Shown piece by piece: positions 1 to 8,181 of a DNA stretch of 64,000 nucleotides (position 1 is its first letter; every line of letters starts with the position of its first letter). This stretch comes from Candidatus Latescibacterota bacterium (GTDB lineage Bacteria > Latescibacterota > UBA2968): NCBI GenBank assembly GCA_965204745.1, contig OZ242010.1, positions 4,640,001-4,704,000 on the forward strand, in the 5' to 3' direction. Position numbers and translations under genes: made by a program. Under the pieces are notes generated by a model, which saw only the letters and a list, made by a program, of their open reading frames with translations, was not told the origin of the DNA and did not search any database.

Positions 1-361
1 ATACGCGGTGGATGATTCGGCAGGCACGCACGTCAGAGTGTACGATGCAAAAGGCGAGTTGCTGACCCACGCGGTATTCGGCAGGTCGAGCACGGATTGG
101 GCGCGCAATTACGTGCGTATCGGCGCAGGCCCCGAGGTGTATTTGACGGACCGTAGCATCGTCTATCAAGTCAGCACAGACGCGACCTTCTGGGGCGAGA
201 AACCACCCGAACCCGCGCCCGCGGATTCCTCTGCGTCAGAAGCATCTGCGAGCGGCGATCCGCCGGATTCTTCTGCATCGGGAAAACCCACAGCTACCGA
301 GAACCCGTCAACGCCCGCGCCTGCGGCGATGGATTCCACCAAAGCGGAAAACGAGGAATAG
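1..361 (+). CDS. 3' end of probable DUF4340-type protein (Gld-like ABC accessory) with low-complexity Pro/Ser/Ala tail; 5'-truncated by window edge
   Basis: ORF open from the window start; FGRSSTDWARNYVRIGAGPEVYL resembles DUF4340 C-termini; followed by a terminator. Confidence 0.55.
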   Translation, partial: YAVDDSAGTHVRVYDAKGELLTHAVFGRSSTDWARNYVRIGAGPEVYLTDRSIVYQVSTDATFWGEKPPEPAPADSSASEASASGDPPDSSASGKPTATENPSTPAPAAMDSTKAENEE

Positions 362-384
362 CCGTGCGGGGTTACACATAGCGA

Positions 385-432
385 AAAAAGAAAAAGGGTC
401 GCGGTACATTTGTACCGTGACCCTTTTGTTTT
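385..432. terminator. Bidirectional intrinsic terminator
   Basis: AAAAGGGTCGCGGTAC-ATTT-GTACCGTGACCCTTTT stem with A/T tracts between convergent genes. Confidence 0.8.
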
Positions 433-449
433 GGAGATGGCTGTTGGCG

Positions 450-722
450 TTAAGAAGTCAGCACCGGTTCTTGCAGGTACCAATTCCGCGCATTATCCGT
501 CAGCGACACCGCGTCGATACCGCCGAGACGGATAGCGTATTTTGCCCGTTCATCGCCTGTAATAATAAAAAATTGGGGATGGCTTCTGACGATTTTGCTG
601 ACCGTTTCAGAGGGGATATTTGTATCTCTCGAAATGCCCCCAAACGTGCGCCATTTCCCTCTAGAGTGATAGATCACTCTGACAATATCTCTGATCGTTT
701 CTCGATCATTCAGATCCTCCAT
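450..722 (-). CDS. Hypothetical protein, possibly winged-HTH-like (90 aa)
   Basis: ATG preceded by GGAGGAAGAAA; RTFGGISRDTNIPSETVSKIV looks HTH-like; AT-richer than flanks. Confidence 0.6.
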   Translation of the reverse strand: MEDLNDRETIRDIVRVIYHSRGKWRTFGGISRDTNIPSETVSKIVRSHPQFFIITGDERAKYAIRLGGIDAVSLTDNARNWYLQEPVLTS

Positions 723-759
723 TTTCTTCCTCCTTTGATTGTGACCGCCGGCGAATATA

Positions 760-1211
760 ATACCAATTTGATTTTAAGTTGTCCGCATCCCGCTTCACAT
801 CAGAGATGAATGAGGAACAGACATTGCTTGTGCCTCAAGCGTTTGGCCCTACAGCATCGTTTGTTGCCTTTGATGCCTTCGGCGACTTACTTTTTTTCAA
901 CAGCAAAAAAAAGTAAGCGAGCGGGGTACAACTGCCCCAGCAGTTCAAAAATGCCGCTCTCAAACGCCGAGAGGCTTGCACAGCGCAAATCGCTTTTGTA
1001 ACAGAACGATATACGCCAGCCTGCAAGGTGGGTTGCAATATGGACATTGGTTGCGAAACGGACTTGCGTGCTGTGCGTGATGGTTTTAGCTGATGGGCTT
1101 TTGCGATGGCATGGGTGCCATGACTTCTCTGAATGACTGTGTAACGTCAAGAGGATCAATCGCTGGTAGCATATCGCATCACATCAAGTCAGCAGAAAAG
1201 CAATTTGGTAT
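760..1211. mobile_element. Non-autonomous MITE-like element, family B
   Basis: Ends ATACCAATTTG (760-770) and CAATTTGGTAT (1201-1211) are 10/11 inverted; left 70 bp recurs at 10036-10106; internal 835-1105 recurs inverted at ~24046-24315. Confidence 0.6.
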
Positions 1212-1297
1212 AATCAGCTACGAGGTCGGTAACAGCATCTCTATCGGATGTCGAGAATTGCTACGGCGACTGGCTATTCCTTTCCGCTATGTTGCTG

Positions 1298-1681
1298 TTA
1301 ATGCGTCAATTGTTGCACCTGTTCCAGCAGTGGTTCGACATGCGCGAGGGCAGCTTGCCGATCAATGGGGTCGGTATCTATGTCGATCCCTTCATAGCGA
1401 AACTCGACAGCGTAGGCGGTGTATCCAATCAATTCCTGGAAGGGCATGGTATCGATCCCTTTATCGGCGAGGAGATTCAGCAACACTGCGAGGTTGTGAG
1501 TCAGCGGGTACGTCTGACCGAGCAACGCGAGCCACGCCTTGAACAATTTTTCAGCCGCTTGCTGTACGTGGAAGCCAAAGATCTCATCGGCAAAAACAGA
1601 GGCGTTTTCCATCCCTCGAAGGGCTTCAATATCGCGCTTGGCGGCTTCCATCAGCCTGCACGCGCATTTAAGGTCTTTCAT
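1298..1681 (-). CDS. HEPN domain protein (toxin of MNT-HEPN pair)
   Basis: FHVQQAAEKLFKAWL, YPLTHNL and EFRY motifs; start MKDLK overlaps the upstream MNT gene. Confidence 0.88.
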   Translation of the reverse strand: MKDLKCACRLMEAAKRDIEALRGMENASVFADEIFGFHVQQAAEKLFKAWLALLGQTYPLTHNLAVLLNLLADKGIDTMPFQELIGYTAYAVEFRYEGIDIDTDPIDRQAALAHVEPLLEQVQQLTH

Positions 1682-2003
1682 AGAGCACCTTTCCCTCTCG
1701 CAGGGCGCGGGCCAAGACGTGGTTGAGCGAGTCGCGCCAGTACGCGACATCGTCTTGGGAATAAACCAGGACATCGGCGGCGATGGGAAAACGCGCCAAG
1801 GCGTGGTAGAGTTTGACCATTTCCCCGTGCCGACTTCGGCCCGCGCCGAACGGTTCGGATTCCACGACCATGAGATCGACATCTGAATCTGCCCGGTCGT
1901 CGCCGCGTGCGCGAGAGCCAAAGAGGATCACCTGCTCGGGATCGACTTCATCGACAATGGCGTTTACCATCTGCTGGAGAAGCGTGTCGGTAATTTGTGT
2001 CAT
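1668..2003 (-). CDS. Minimal nucleotidyltransferase (MNT) antitoxin
   Basis: ILFGSRARGDDRADSDVDL motif; coupled to HEPN gene. Confidence 0.92.
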   Translation of the reverse strand: MTQITDTLLQQMVNAIVDEVDPEQVILFGSRARGDDRADSDVDLMVVESEPFGAGRSRHGEMVKLYHALARFPIAADVLVYSQDDVAYWRDSLNHVLARALREGKVLYERP

Positions 2004-2111
2004 CGCAACGGAGAGGGGAGATGTTCTTTCCCCTTGTATCTTTAGGCGAGCACGGGAACTTCGCCCCTACACACACTACACACTGCTCGCCTTTTGTGTT
2101 TTTGTGCTTTT

Positions 2112-2144
2112 GAACTGGCTATCGCCAGTTGTACCCCGCTCGTG
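2112..2144 (+). repeat. Hairpin repeat family C (GAACTGGC-N4-GCCAGTTGTACCCCGCTCGTG)
   Basis: Related copies at 917-946, 16574-16645 (x2), 21270-21300, 24206-24235, 46836-46862, 47000-47040, 55979-56000, 56046-56070. Confidence 0.85.
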
Positions 2145-2186
2145 GCTAAAATCCCATCTTCCTCGTAGGCACAGGCGTAGCCCATT

Positions 2187-4724
2187 CTAAAGATCAAACG
2201 TGTATTTCCCGTACCAGAACGCGCCGCCAAAGCCGTAGGGGCTGTGTTCGCCGAAGGGTCTGCCGAGGCCGGTTGCGGGGTCCTCGCCTGAGATCGCGTT
2301 CTCGTAATTCGTCGGCTCGGTGTTGAGGGCATTTTGAACGCCGATAGTGAGTGTCGATCCCAGGCCGAGTGACAAACTCGATTCGAGGTCGAGCAAGATC
2401 GCGCTGCCAAAAATTTGGTGGCCCCAGTTCCACTCGTCCCACGAACCGTAATAACTGACCCGGCCCAACGCGCGCCAGTTGTCGGTTGGAGATTGGGTCA
2501 AGGTCACGTTCCCGCGGTGCCGGGGAAGTCCTCTTTCCAAGAGGGTGATGCGTTTTTGGTTGACCAAGTCTTCATCGTATTTGGTCACTTCGGTTTGCGT
2601 GAAATTGTACGCGAGGCTCAGTTCTCCCTTAGCGAACGGCGCGGTGAGCACGATGTCGATCCCTTGGGTGCGCGTTTCAAAATTGTTGGTGAAGAAGCGG
2701 AACTCTTGCAGGTTGGTGATGCCCGCTACGCGCAGTTGTTCTCTTTGCACGGCGTCGAGTTCGTCCAACTTGAAGTCCTGCGACGTGGTCAGGCGGTCTT
2801 TCACCACGATGTTGAAATAGTCGAGGGTGACGCTGACCGGGGCGAGGGTGACAACCGTGCCGGCCGAAAAATTGATCGATTTTTCCGGCAGTAGCACATC
2901 GCCGCCCACCAGTGCCGCGGCCGGGTGCGTGGAGGGAATCGTGGCTTTGTTGATCAAGATGAGATTGCCTTCGTCATCCTCGCCGGGCTCTGTGGTCTCG
3001 TTGTACGCGTTTTGTTGCCCGGGCGTGGGTGCTCTGAAGCCGGTGCTGAACGAGGCGCGCACTTTCACATTTTCGTTGACCCCGTAGTTGGTCGCCAATT
3101 TGTAATTGATCGTGGAGCCAAACCCCTCAAAATTTTCAAACCGCAACGCGACGCCGACCAAATAGTTGTCCTGTGGATTAAATTCCGCATCGCCGTAAAT
3201 CGCCCAGTTGGACCGGCGCCACGCTCCTGCGGCGACATTGCTGAATCCCGGAAACCCATTGGAACTCGGCAAAAAACCGTAGCGCGCCAACGGGCCCACT
3301 TCGTAGGACTTCGGCTCGCCGCTTGCGATCTCAAACTTTTCAAAGCGATATTCCAGCCCGGTTGCAAAAAAGAACCGCTCGCTAAACGGATAGGTCACAT
3401 CGAAATTGAAATTGGTATCGGTTTGGATGTACGCGCCCGGATCAAATGACATCGGCGTGTCAGGCCCTAAAGACGCATTGATGGTGCGGTTGATGAAGAA
3501 ATCGGTTTCGTGCCGCCCATAAGACGCGCTGAGGTCCCATGACAGCAGCGATTTCGCGCCCTTGATGCCGGCCAACAGGGCGCGGTCTTGCGTGGTCGCG
3601 CCAAACCGGGGCGTGAACCCATTGGGAAACAGTTCTTGGAATGTGAACAGATCCGGATCGTCGAAAACCCGTCGCAGGGAATCCGGCTGCGGCACGTCCT
3701 TGTCGATGGGCACGACCGGGACCTCGCCGCCGCTCAAACTGCCGATGAGCAGGGTCTCGCCCTTGTCAATGCTGTACACGCCGTGCCGCTCATTGGGATT
3801 GCGGAAGTAGAACCCGCCCTCCACTTCCTTGCTGGCAAAGTTGCCGTGCCCGTAAAATTCGACATTGTCGTTGATGGACGCGCTGTAATTGGCAAAGAGT
3901 TTCAGGTCATTGCGAACGATGGGCTGCCCCCAGGGTTGGGCGGGATCGGGGATGTCCTTGCCCAGCGCGATCAGGCGTGCGGCATCGGCGCGTTGCACAG
4001 CGCGGTCCGTCTCATCCGCGTTGCCGTACTCCGCGCTGAGGTTTATCCAAGTCCGATCATTGCCCAAGCCGACATTGCCCGCGACGCTGTAGGTAAATCC
4101 ATCGCCGGCTTGAAAAATGCCGGGTTTGAGTTGAAAAGACGCGCCTTTGTGGTTGTCCTTGAGTTGGAAGTTCATCACCCCGGCAATGGCGTCAGAGCCG
4201 TATTGCGCGGACGCGCCGTCGCGCAGGACTTCCACGCGCTTCAATGCAAGGGCCGGGATCGGGGATATGTCTGGCCCTTGCGCCGCGTCGGATACGCCCG
4301 TGGGCCACCACGAGATCACGGAGCCGCGGTGGCGGCGTTTGCCATTGACGAGCACTAAGGTGTGATCGGGTGCCAGGCCGCGCAGGTTGGCCGGGCGGAC
4401 AAAGGTGGCGGCATCGCTTATCGGCTGGATGTTCACGTTGTAAGACGGCACGACGTTCCGCAACAGGTCCGGCAAGTCCGCGCCGCCCTGGTTGACGAAA
4501 TCCTCGCCTGAAACCACGTCAATGGGCACGGCGGATTCGGCGACTGAACGCGGTCGCGCACGCGAACCGGTCACCACCAATTCTTCGAGCACGACCACGT
4601 CAGAGAGGATATCCGCGAACTCGACCGAAGTGGTATCCGCGCTTGCCGGCGGATTTTCCTGCGCGATAGCAAGGCTGCTCATGGCGAGCGCGATGACGAG
4701 GGCGATGAGATACTTGTGCGGCAT
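2187..4724 (-). CDS. TonB-dependent outer membrane receptor
   Basis: Signal peptide, EELVVTGSR TonB box, NLRGL..LVLVNGKRRH, RVEVLRDGASAQYGSDAIAGVMN plug motifs, C-terminal YTFDL. Confidence 0.95.
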   Translation of the reverse strand: MPHKYLIALVIALAMSSLAIAQENPPASADTTSVEFADILSDVVVLEELVVTGSRARPRSVAESAVPIDVVSGEDFVNQGGADLPDLLRNVVPSYNVNIQPISDAATFVRPANLRGLAPDHTLVLVNGKRRHRGSVISWWPTGVSDAAQGPDISPIPALALKRVEVLRDGASAQYGSDAIAGVMNFQLKDNHKGASFQLKPGIFQAGDGFTYSVAGNVGLGNDRTWINLSAEYGNADETDRAVQRADAARLIALGKDIPDPAQPWGQPIVRNDLKLFANYSASINDNVEFYGHGNFASKEVEGGFYFRNPNERHGVYSIDKGETLLIGSLSGGEVPVVPIDKDVPQPDSLRRVFDDPDLFTFQELFPNGFTPRFGATTQDRALLAGIKGAKSLLSWDLSASYGRHETDFFINRTINASLGPDTPMSFDPGAYIQTDTNFNFDVTYPFSERFFFATGLEYRFEKFEIASGEPKSYEVGPLARYGFLPSSNGFPGFSNVAAGAWRRSNWAIYGDAEFNPQDNYLVGVALRFENFEGFGSTINYKLATNYGVNENVKVRASFSTGFRAPTPGQQNAYNETTEPGEDDEGNLILINKATIPSTHPAAALVGGDVLLPEKSINFSAGTVVTLAPVSVTLDYFNIVVKDRLTTSQDFKLDELDAVQREQLRVAGITNLQEFRFFTNNFETRTQGIDIVLTAPFAKGELSLAYNFTQTEVTKYDEDLVNQKRITLLERGLPRHRGNVTLTQSPTDNWRALGRVSYYGSWDEWNWGHQIFGSAILLDLESSLSLGLGSTLTIGVQNALNTEPTNYENAISGEDPATGLGRPFGEHSPYGFGGAFWYGKYTFDL

Positions 4725-4751
4725 GGGATGCCTCCTTTGAGGGTGAGATGA

Positions 4752-5205
4752 GGTTGTGTTGACATTTCATTTTTTTCACGTTACGCACAGATTAGCAAAT
4801 GTGTTGCTTGCTCATTTAAGGCGTTTGGTCCTTTGATGGCTTAGGTTGCTCTGATGGCGTTGACCAAGGGGACCTATCCCCCGGCCCCTTTCCTACGAGG
4901 AAAGGGGAGTAAAGCTCCTTTGATGGCTTCTCGCTCTAGTTGCTCTGATGGCGTTGCGCGAGGGCATAAAGCGATTAAATATCCCTCATCAATCCCCTCG
5001 CAAAACCGCTCACCGTTCCCCCCTTCCTCAAAGGCACAGGCGTAGCCTACAACGAAGCGAAGCGAGTAACGGGGTTAGGGGGGTAGGTCCCGATAAGGAG
5101 CGACTGTTCCAGTTTCTCAAATCGAGAGCATATTCTGCGATAGGGCTTGATTTTCTCGATAAACCGCTCAAGCCAGTTGCTTTGCTCGTAAATGTCAACA
5201 GAACC
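4752..5205. mobile_element. MITE family A carrying an inverted pair of REP-A hairpins
   Basis: TIRs GGTTGTGTTGACATTT / AAATGTCAACAGAACC; internal REP-A at ~4869-4908 (fwd) and ~5018-5091 (rev); no transposase ORF. Confidence 0.85.
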
Positions 5206-5425
5206 TAATAAAATAAGGGAATTATATACTTAACTAAACGAGTCTATGTTATTATATTTTTTTCTTAAGACAATGAATGAGAGTATTGTTTTTTGGAGGA
5301 ATTTGCAATGGCTACCGTGCCCACAGACAAGGATTTGACGTTAGGAGAAGCTTAAAAGGGATGCAAAGGGCATTGGGTTTATTCAAGTATATAATTCCCT
5401 AAAATTAAATGCGAAAGGAGATGCC

Positions 5426-5710
5426 GTGCAAACCATAACTGTATCACAACTCAAAACGTCGTTGCGGGCGTGCTTGCGCCAGGTCAAAACCGGTGAAGAA
5501 GTGATCATTACTGAACAGGGTCGTCCCATTGCGCGTTTGCTGCCCATCGCGCATCCTATATCCTCACCCGAGTATTTGAAAGACATGGAACAAAAAGGTC
5601 TGCTCAAGCGCGGGGCAAAGCCCTTGCCCGCGGATTTTTGGGACCTGCCTCGCCCCGCAGACCCCCATGCAACCGTGCGCTCGGCTGTCTTGAAAAACAG
5701 GGAAGAATGA
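5426..5710 (+). CDS. Phd/YefM family antitoxin
   Basis: ITVSQLKTSL..LRQVKTGEEVIITEQGRPIARL; GTG start after AAGGAG. Confidence 0.9.
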   Translation: MQTITVSQLKTSLRACLRQVKTGEEVIITEQGRPIARLLPIAHPISSPEYLKDMEQKGLLKRGAKPLPADFWDLPRPADPHATVRSAVLKNREE

Positions 5711-6141
5711 AATTTTGGGATACATCGGCGATTGTGCCGCTTTGTGTGCAGGAACCTACCTCGGTCACGGGATAAGAGATCCTCATTGCGGATCCTTCTG
5801 CTGGCGTGTGGTGGGGCACCCGCATTGAGTGTATTTCTGCCCTGATGCGTCAAGTGCGCGAGGGTAGCTTGACGCCTACGGACGAACAGGCCGCTCGCCA
5901 TGTGTTGCATATCTTAACCCAAAGCTGGACGGAGATACAACCGAGTGAGGCATTACGCGATACAGCCGAACGGTTATTGGCTCTGCATCCATTGCGGGCC
6001 GCGGATGCGTTGCAACTCGCTTCGGCGATCTTGTGGTGTCAGGGGATTACAGCGGAACAGAGTTTTGTCGCGTTTGATCGGCGCCTGCGTGATGCGAGTT
6101 ATCGAGAAGGCTTTACCGTGCTTCCGGATATGGAGCTATAA
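5707..6141 (+). pseudogene. VapC (PIN) toxin with in-frame nonsense codon
   Basis: ATG at 5707 overlaps the antitoxin stop; MKFWDTSAIVPL...; TAA at 5773-5775; frame resumes to LRAADALQLASA and FDRRL. Confidence 0.85.
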
Positions 6142-6196
6142 CAACACAATGGCGTGTCTGAATACTGCGTAACGTCAGAGAGTAATTGCAACACGC

Positions 6197-6258
6197 CTCT
6201 CTGCGTTCGGTTGATTCGTAAGCCCCCAAGGTCGTGCGATTTTTCGTACGACCCTTTT
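6197..6258 (+). repeat. ~60-bp direct repeat containing an intrinsic terminator (second copy 7963-8027)
   Basis: CTCTCTGCGTTYSGTTGATTCGTAAGCCCCCAAGG..CGTGCGATTTYTCGTACGACCCTTTT at both sites. Confidence 0.8.
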
Positions 6259-6313
6259 CTTTTTTCTCCTTCCCTTGCCTTCCACCTTGTCTCTTTCCTC
6301 AAGCCGACCAGCC

Positions 6314-6724
6314 TTACCGCCGCGCTCCAGCTTCTTCTTTTTTGCCCCGCCCGACCAACTCGTCTATCGCCACCTCGAGCACATCCGCGAGACGGCGGAA
6401 CAGGTCGAGCGTTCCGGGTTTTTGACCGTTCTCAATTTGCGCTAGATATCCCTTGGAGACCCCTACGCCCTCGGCCAGCTGATCCAGCGTAAGCCCGCGG
6501 TATTTCCGCCACACGCGCAAGGGCGGCACGCCCTCCAAAATGGCCTTCACGACGGCGCCTGGGATCGTCTCACCTGCCGCGTCCTCGGCCCATGCCCGCT
6601 CGATAGCCGCCGCATCTGCCGCGTCTTCGAGGGCCGCCACCATGCGGCGATACTCCTCAATCGGAACGACGACATATTCGGGCTTGCCATCCTTCTCAAT
6701 GGTCTGTACGCCTTGTTCATTCAT
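6314..6724 (-). CDS. XRE/HTH antitoxin with N-terminal Phd-like segment
   Basis: GKPEYVVVPIEEY; LRVWRKYRGLTLDQLAEGVGVSKGYLAQIENG HTH. Confidence 0.88.
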   Translation of the reverse strand: MNEQGVQTIEKDGKPEYVVVPIEEYRRMVAALEDAADAAAIERAWAEDAAGETIPGAVVKAILEGVPPLRVWRKYRGLTLDQLAEGVGVSKGYLAQIENGQKPGTLDLFRRLADVLEVAIDELVGRGKKEEAGARR

Positions 6725-6870
6725 CGGTATACCTGTCCTCTCTGATCAATTTTTGCCACCAGCAACACCTCGCTCTCGTCGTCGAGCGAGTAGATCACGC
6801 GCCAGTCACCTACTCGGAGCCGGAAGTCGGCCCCCCGTCCCCGCAACCGCGTCGCGTTCGGTTGAGGCAA
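6721..6870 (-). pseudogene. RelE/ParE toxin, 5'-truncated remnant
   Basis: RLRGRGADFRLRVGDWRVIYSLDD...IDQRGQVYR is a RelE C-half; upstream sequence is unrelated. Confidence 0.8.
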
Positions 6871-6990
6871 CCAGCAAATGTCCAAAACAGGCCATACACA
6901 ATTGACAATACCCATCTCACTATATACATTCAACCCAACCCGACAACAGTAGAAGATACAGCGAAGACTTCAGAGAAGGAGGGAACGATC

Positions 6991-7266
6991 ATGCAGACGC
7001 CAACAAGAGAATGGATACATAAGACCGTGGATGGGCTTCCAGATAGAGAGGCGGAACAACTGAAAGAGTACCTCGAATTTCTAACATGGAAAGCCAAAGG
7101 GCAAGAGCCATTGTCGGAACAATCCCCCAAAAATCCGATTGCCCAACGCATCATCAAGGCAATGGAAAAACCGCCCCATGTCACCCATGAGGACATCAAA
7201 TCACTTTTGCAAGCTATAAAAGAAGCAAAACAACCGGCGCGTTTTGAATCGCCTTTTGACTCGTAG
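6991..7266 (+). CDS. Putative antitoxin (DUF2281-like) upstream of VapC
   Basis: AAGGAGGG RBS; VDGLPDREAEQLKEYLEFL; precedes a PIN gene. Confidence 0.7.
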   Translation: MQTPTREWIHKTVDGLPDREAEQLKEYLEFLTWKAKGQEPLSEQSPKNPIAQRIIKAMEKPPHVTHEDIKSLLQAIKEAKQPARFESPFDS

Positions 7267-7281
7267 AGGAACAGAAGACCA

Positions 7282-7701
7282 ATGGGCAAGTATCTGTTAG
7301 AAACCACAACTTGTAGCCATCTGATGCAAAATAATCCCGTCGTCAAGAGGCATTTGAACGCGCTGACCGATTCGGATGACCTCTTCACCATTCCCATTGT
7401 TCAGGGCGAGATATTATATGGGATTGAACGGTTGCCGACAGGAAGAAAACAGCGAGAGCTTTTGCAGAGAGCGAATAATCTGTTTGCCGAAATTCAATGC
7501 GACCCCATTCCGAAAGATACTGGCATCCACTACGCAAGACTCAAACGACAAGCCGAGAAGCAGGGAACCCCCGTCGCTGAAAACGACCTTTGGATCGCTG
7601 CGACTGCTCTGGCATTAGATGCGATTCTGGTGACTGCTGACAGCGATTTTCAGAAGGCGCGAGGCGTGTTCGACTTGCAGTTGGAAGATTGGACTATTTG
7701 A
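7282..7701 (+). CDS. VapC (PIN) toxin
   Basis: YLLET, GEILYG, ENDLWIAATAL, LVTADSDF, LEDW motifs; first acidic residue is Glu rather than Asp. Confidence 0.9.
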   Translation: MGKYLLETTTCSHLMQNNPVVKRHLNALTDSDDLFTIPIVQGEILYGIERLPTGRKQRELLQRANNLFAEIQCDPIPKDTGIHYARLKRQAEKQGTPVAENDLWIAATALALDAILVTADSDFQKARGVFDLQLEDWTI

Positions 7702-7728
7702 CAAAAAATAAATGCGAAAGGAGATGCC

Positions 7729-7851
7729 GTGCAAACCACAACTGTATCACAACTCAAAACGTCGTTGCGGGCGTGCTTGCGCCAGGTCAAAGCCGGTGAA
7801 GAAGTGATCATTACTGAACCTGGTCGTCCCATTGCGCGTTTGCTGCCCATC
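7729..7851 (+). pseudogene. Truncated duplicate of Phd antitoxin 5426
   Basis: 7702-7851 nearly identical to 5400-5548, then breaks off. Confidence 0.85.
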
Positions 7852-7892
7852 ATCACGTTGGGATTGATTTCAATGCGGTCTAAGTTGTGCAT
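7844..7892 (-). pseudogene. N-terminal remnant of DUF433 antitoxin
   Basis: GGAGG RBS then MHNLDRIEINPNVMMG, a typical DUF433 start; TTGACA..TATATT promoter upstream; fused head-on to the Phd remnant. Confidence 0.75.
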
Positions 7893-8108
7893 CGCCTATC
7901 CTCCAGTTCCTGTTTTTTAAGCCAGAATATATCCAGATGGCTTCGGGCTTGTCAATCGCGTTCTCTCTGCGTTTCGTTGATTCGTAAGCCCCCAAGGGGC
8001 GTGCGATTTCTCGTACGACCCTTTTTTGAGGATGGGTATCCTTGACTCAAGCATGCATTGTCAATCGCAATGCCCGCGGCGGGGGTGCAGGATTGAAAAA
8101 TGACATGA

Positions 8109-8137
8109 TTGACTTCACTGGGGCAAGGCGGTATATT
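8109..8137 (+). promoter_or_regulatory. Sigma70 promoter of lepA operon
   Basis: TTGACT-17 nt-TATATT. Confidence 0.7.
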
Positions 8138-8181
8138 CCCACTTGTTTTCGCATTCATTTTTCGCCATTTCAATTCGCACA

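Noticed and set aside
4725-4900. Cobalamin or TPP riboswitch upstream of the TonB receptor
   Set aside because: The region is MITE sequence; no riboswitch core motifs recognised.
4854-5208. Short ORFs in repeat blocks (GTYPPAPFLRGKG-type; also 10175, 18323, 34166-34992, 43892-44730)
   Set aside because: Translations of REP/MITE DNA, frameshifted between copies and lacking RBSs.
6197-6235. tRNA 3' fragment as att site
   Set aside because: No convincing T-arm (GTTCRA) or acceptor-stem geometry.
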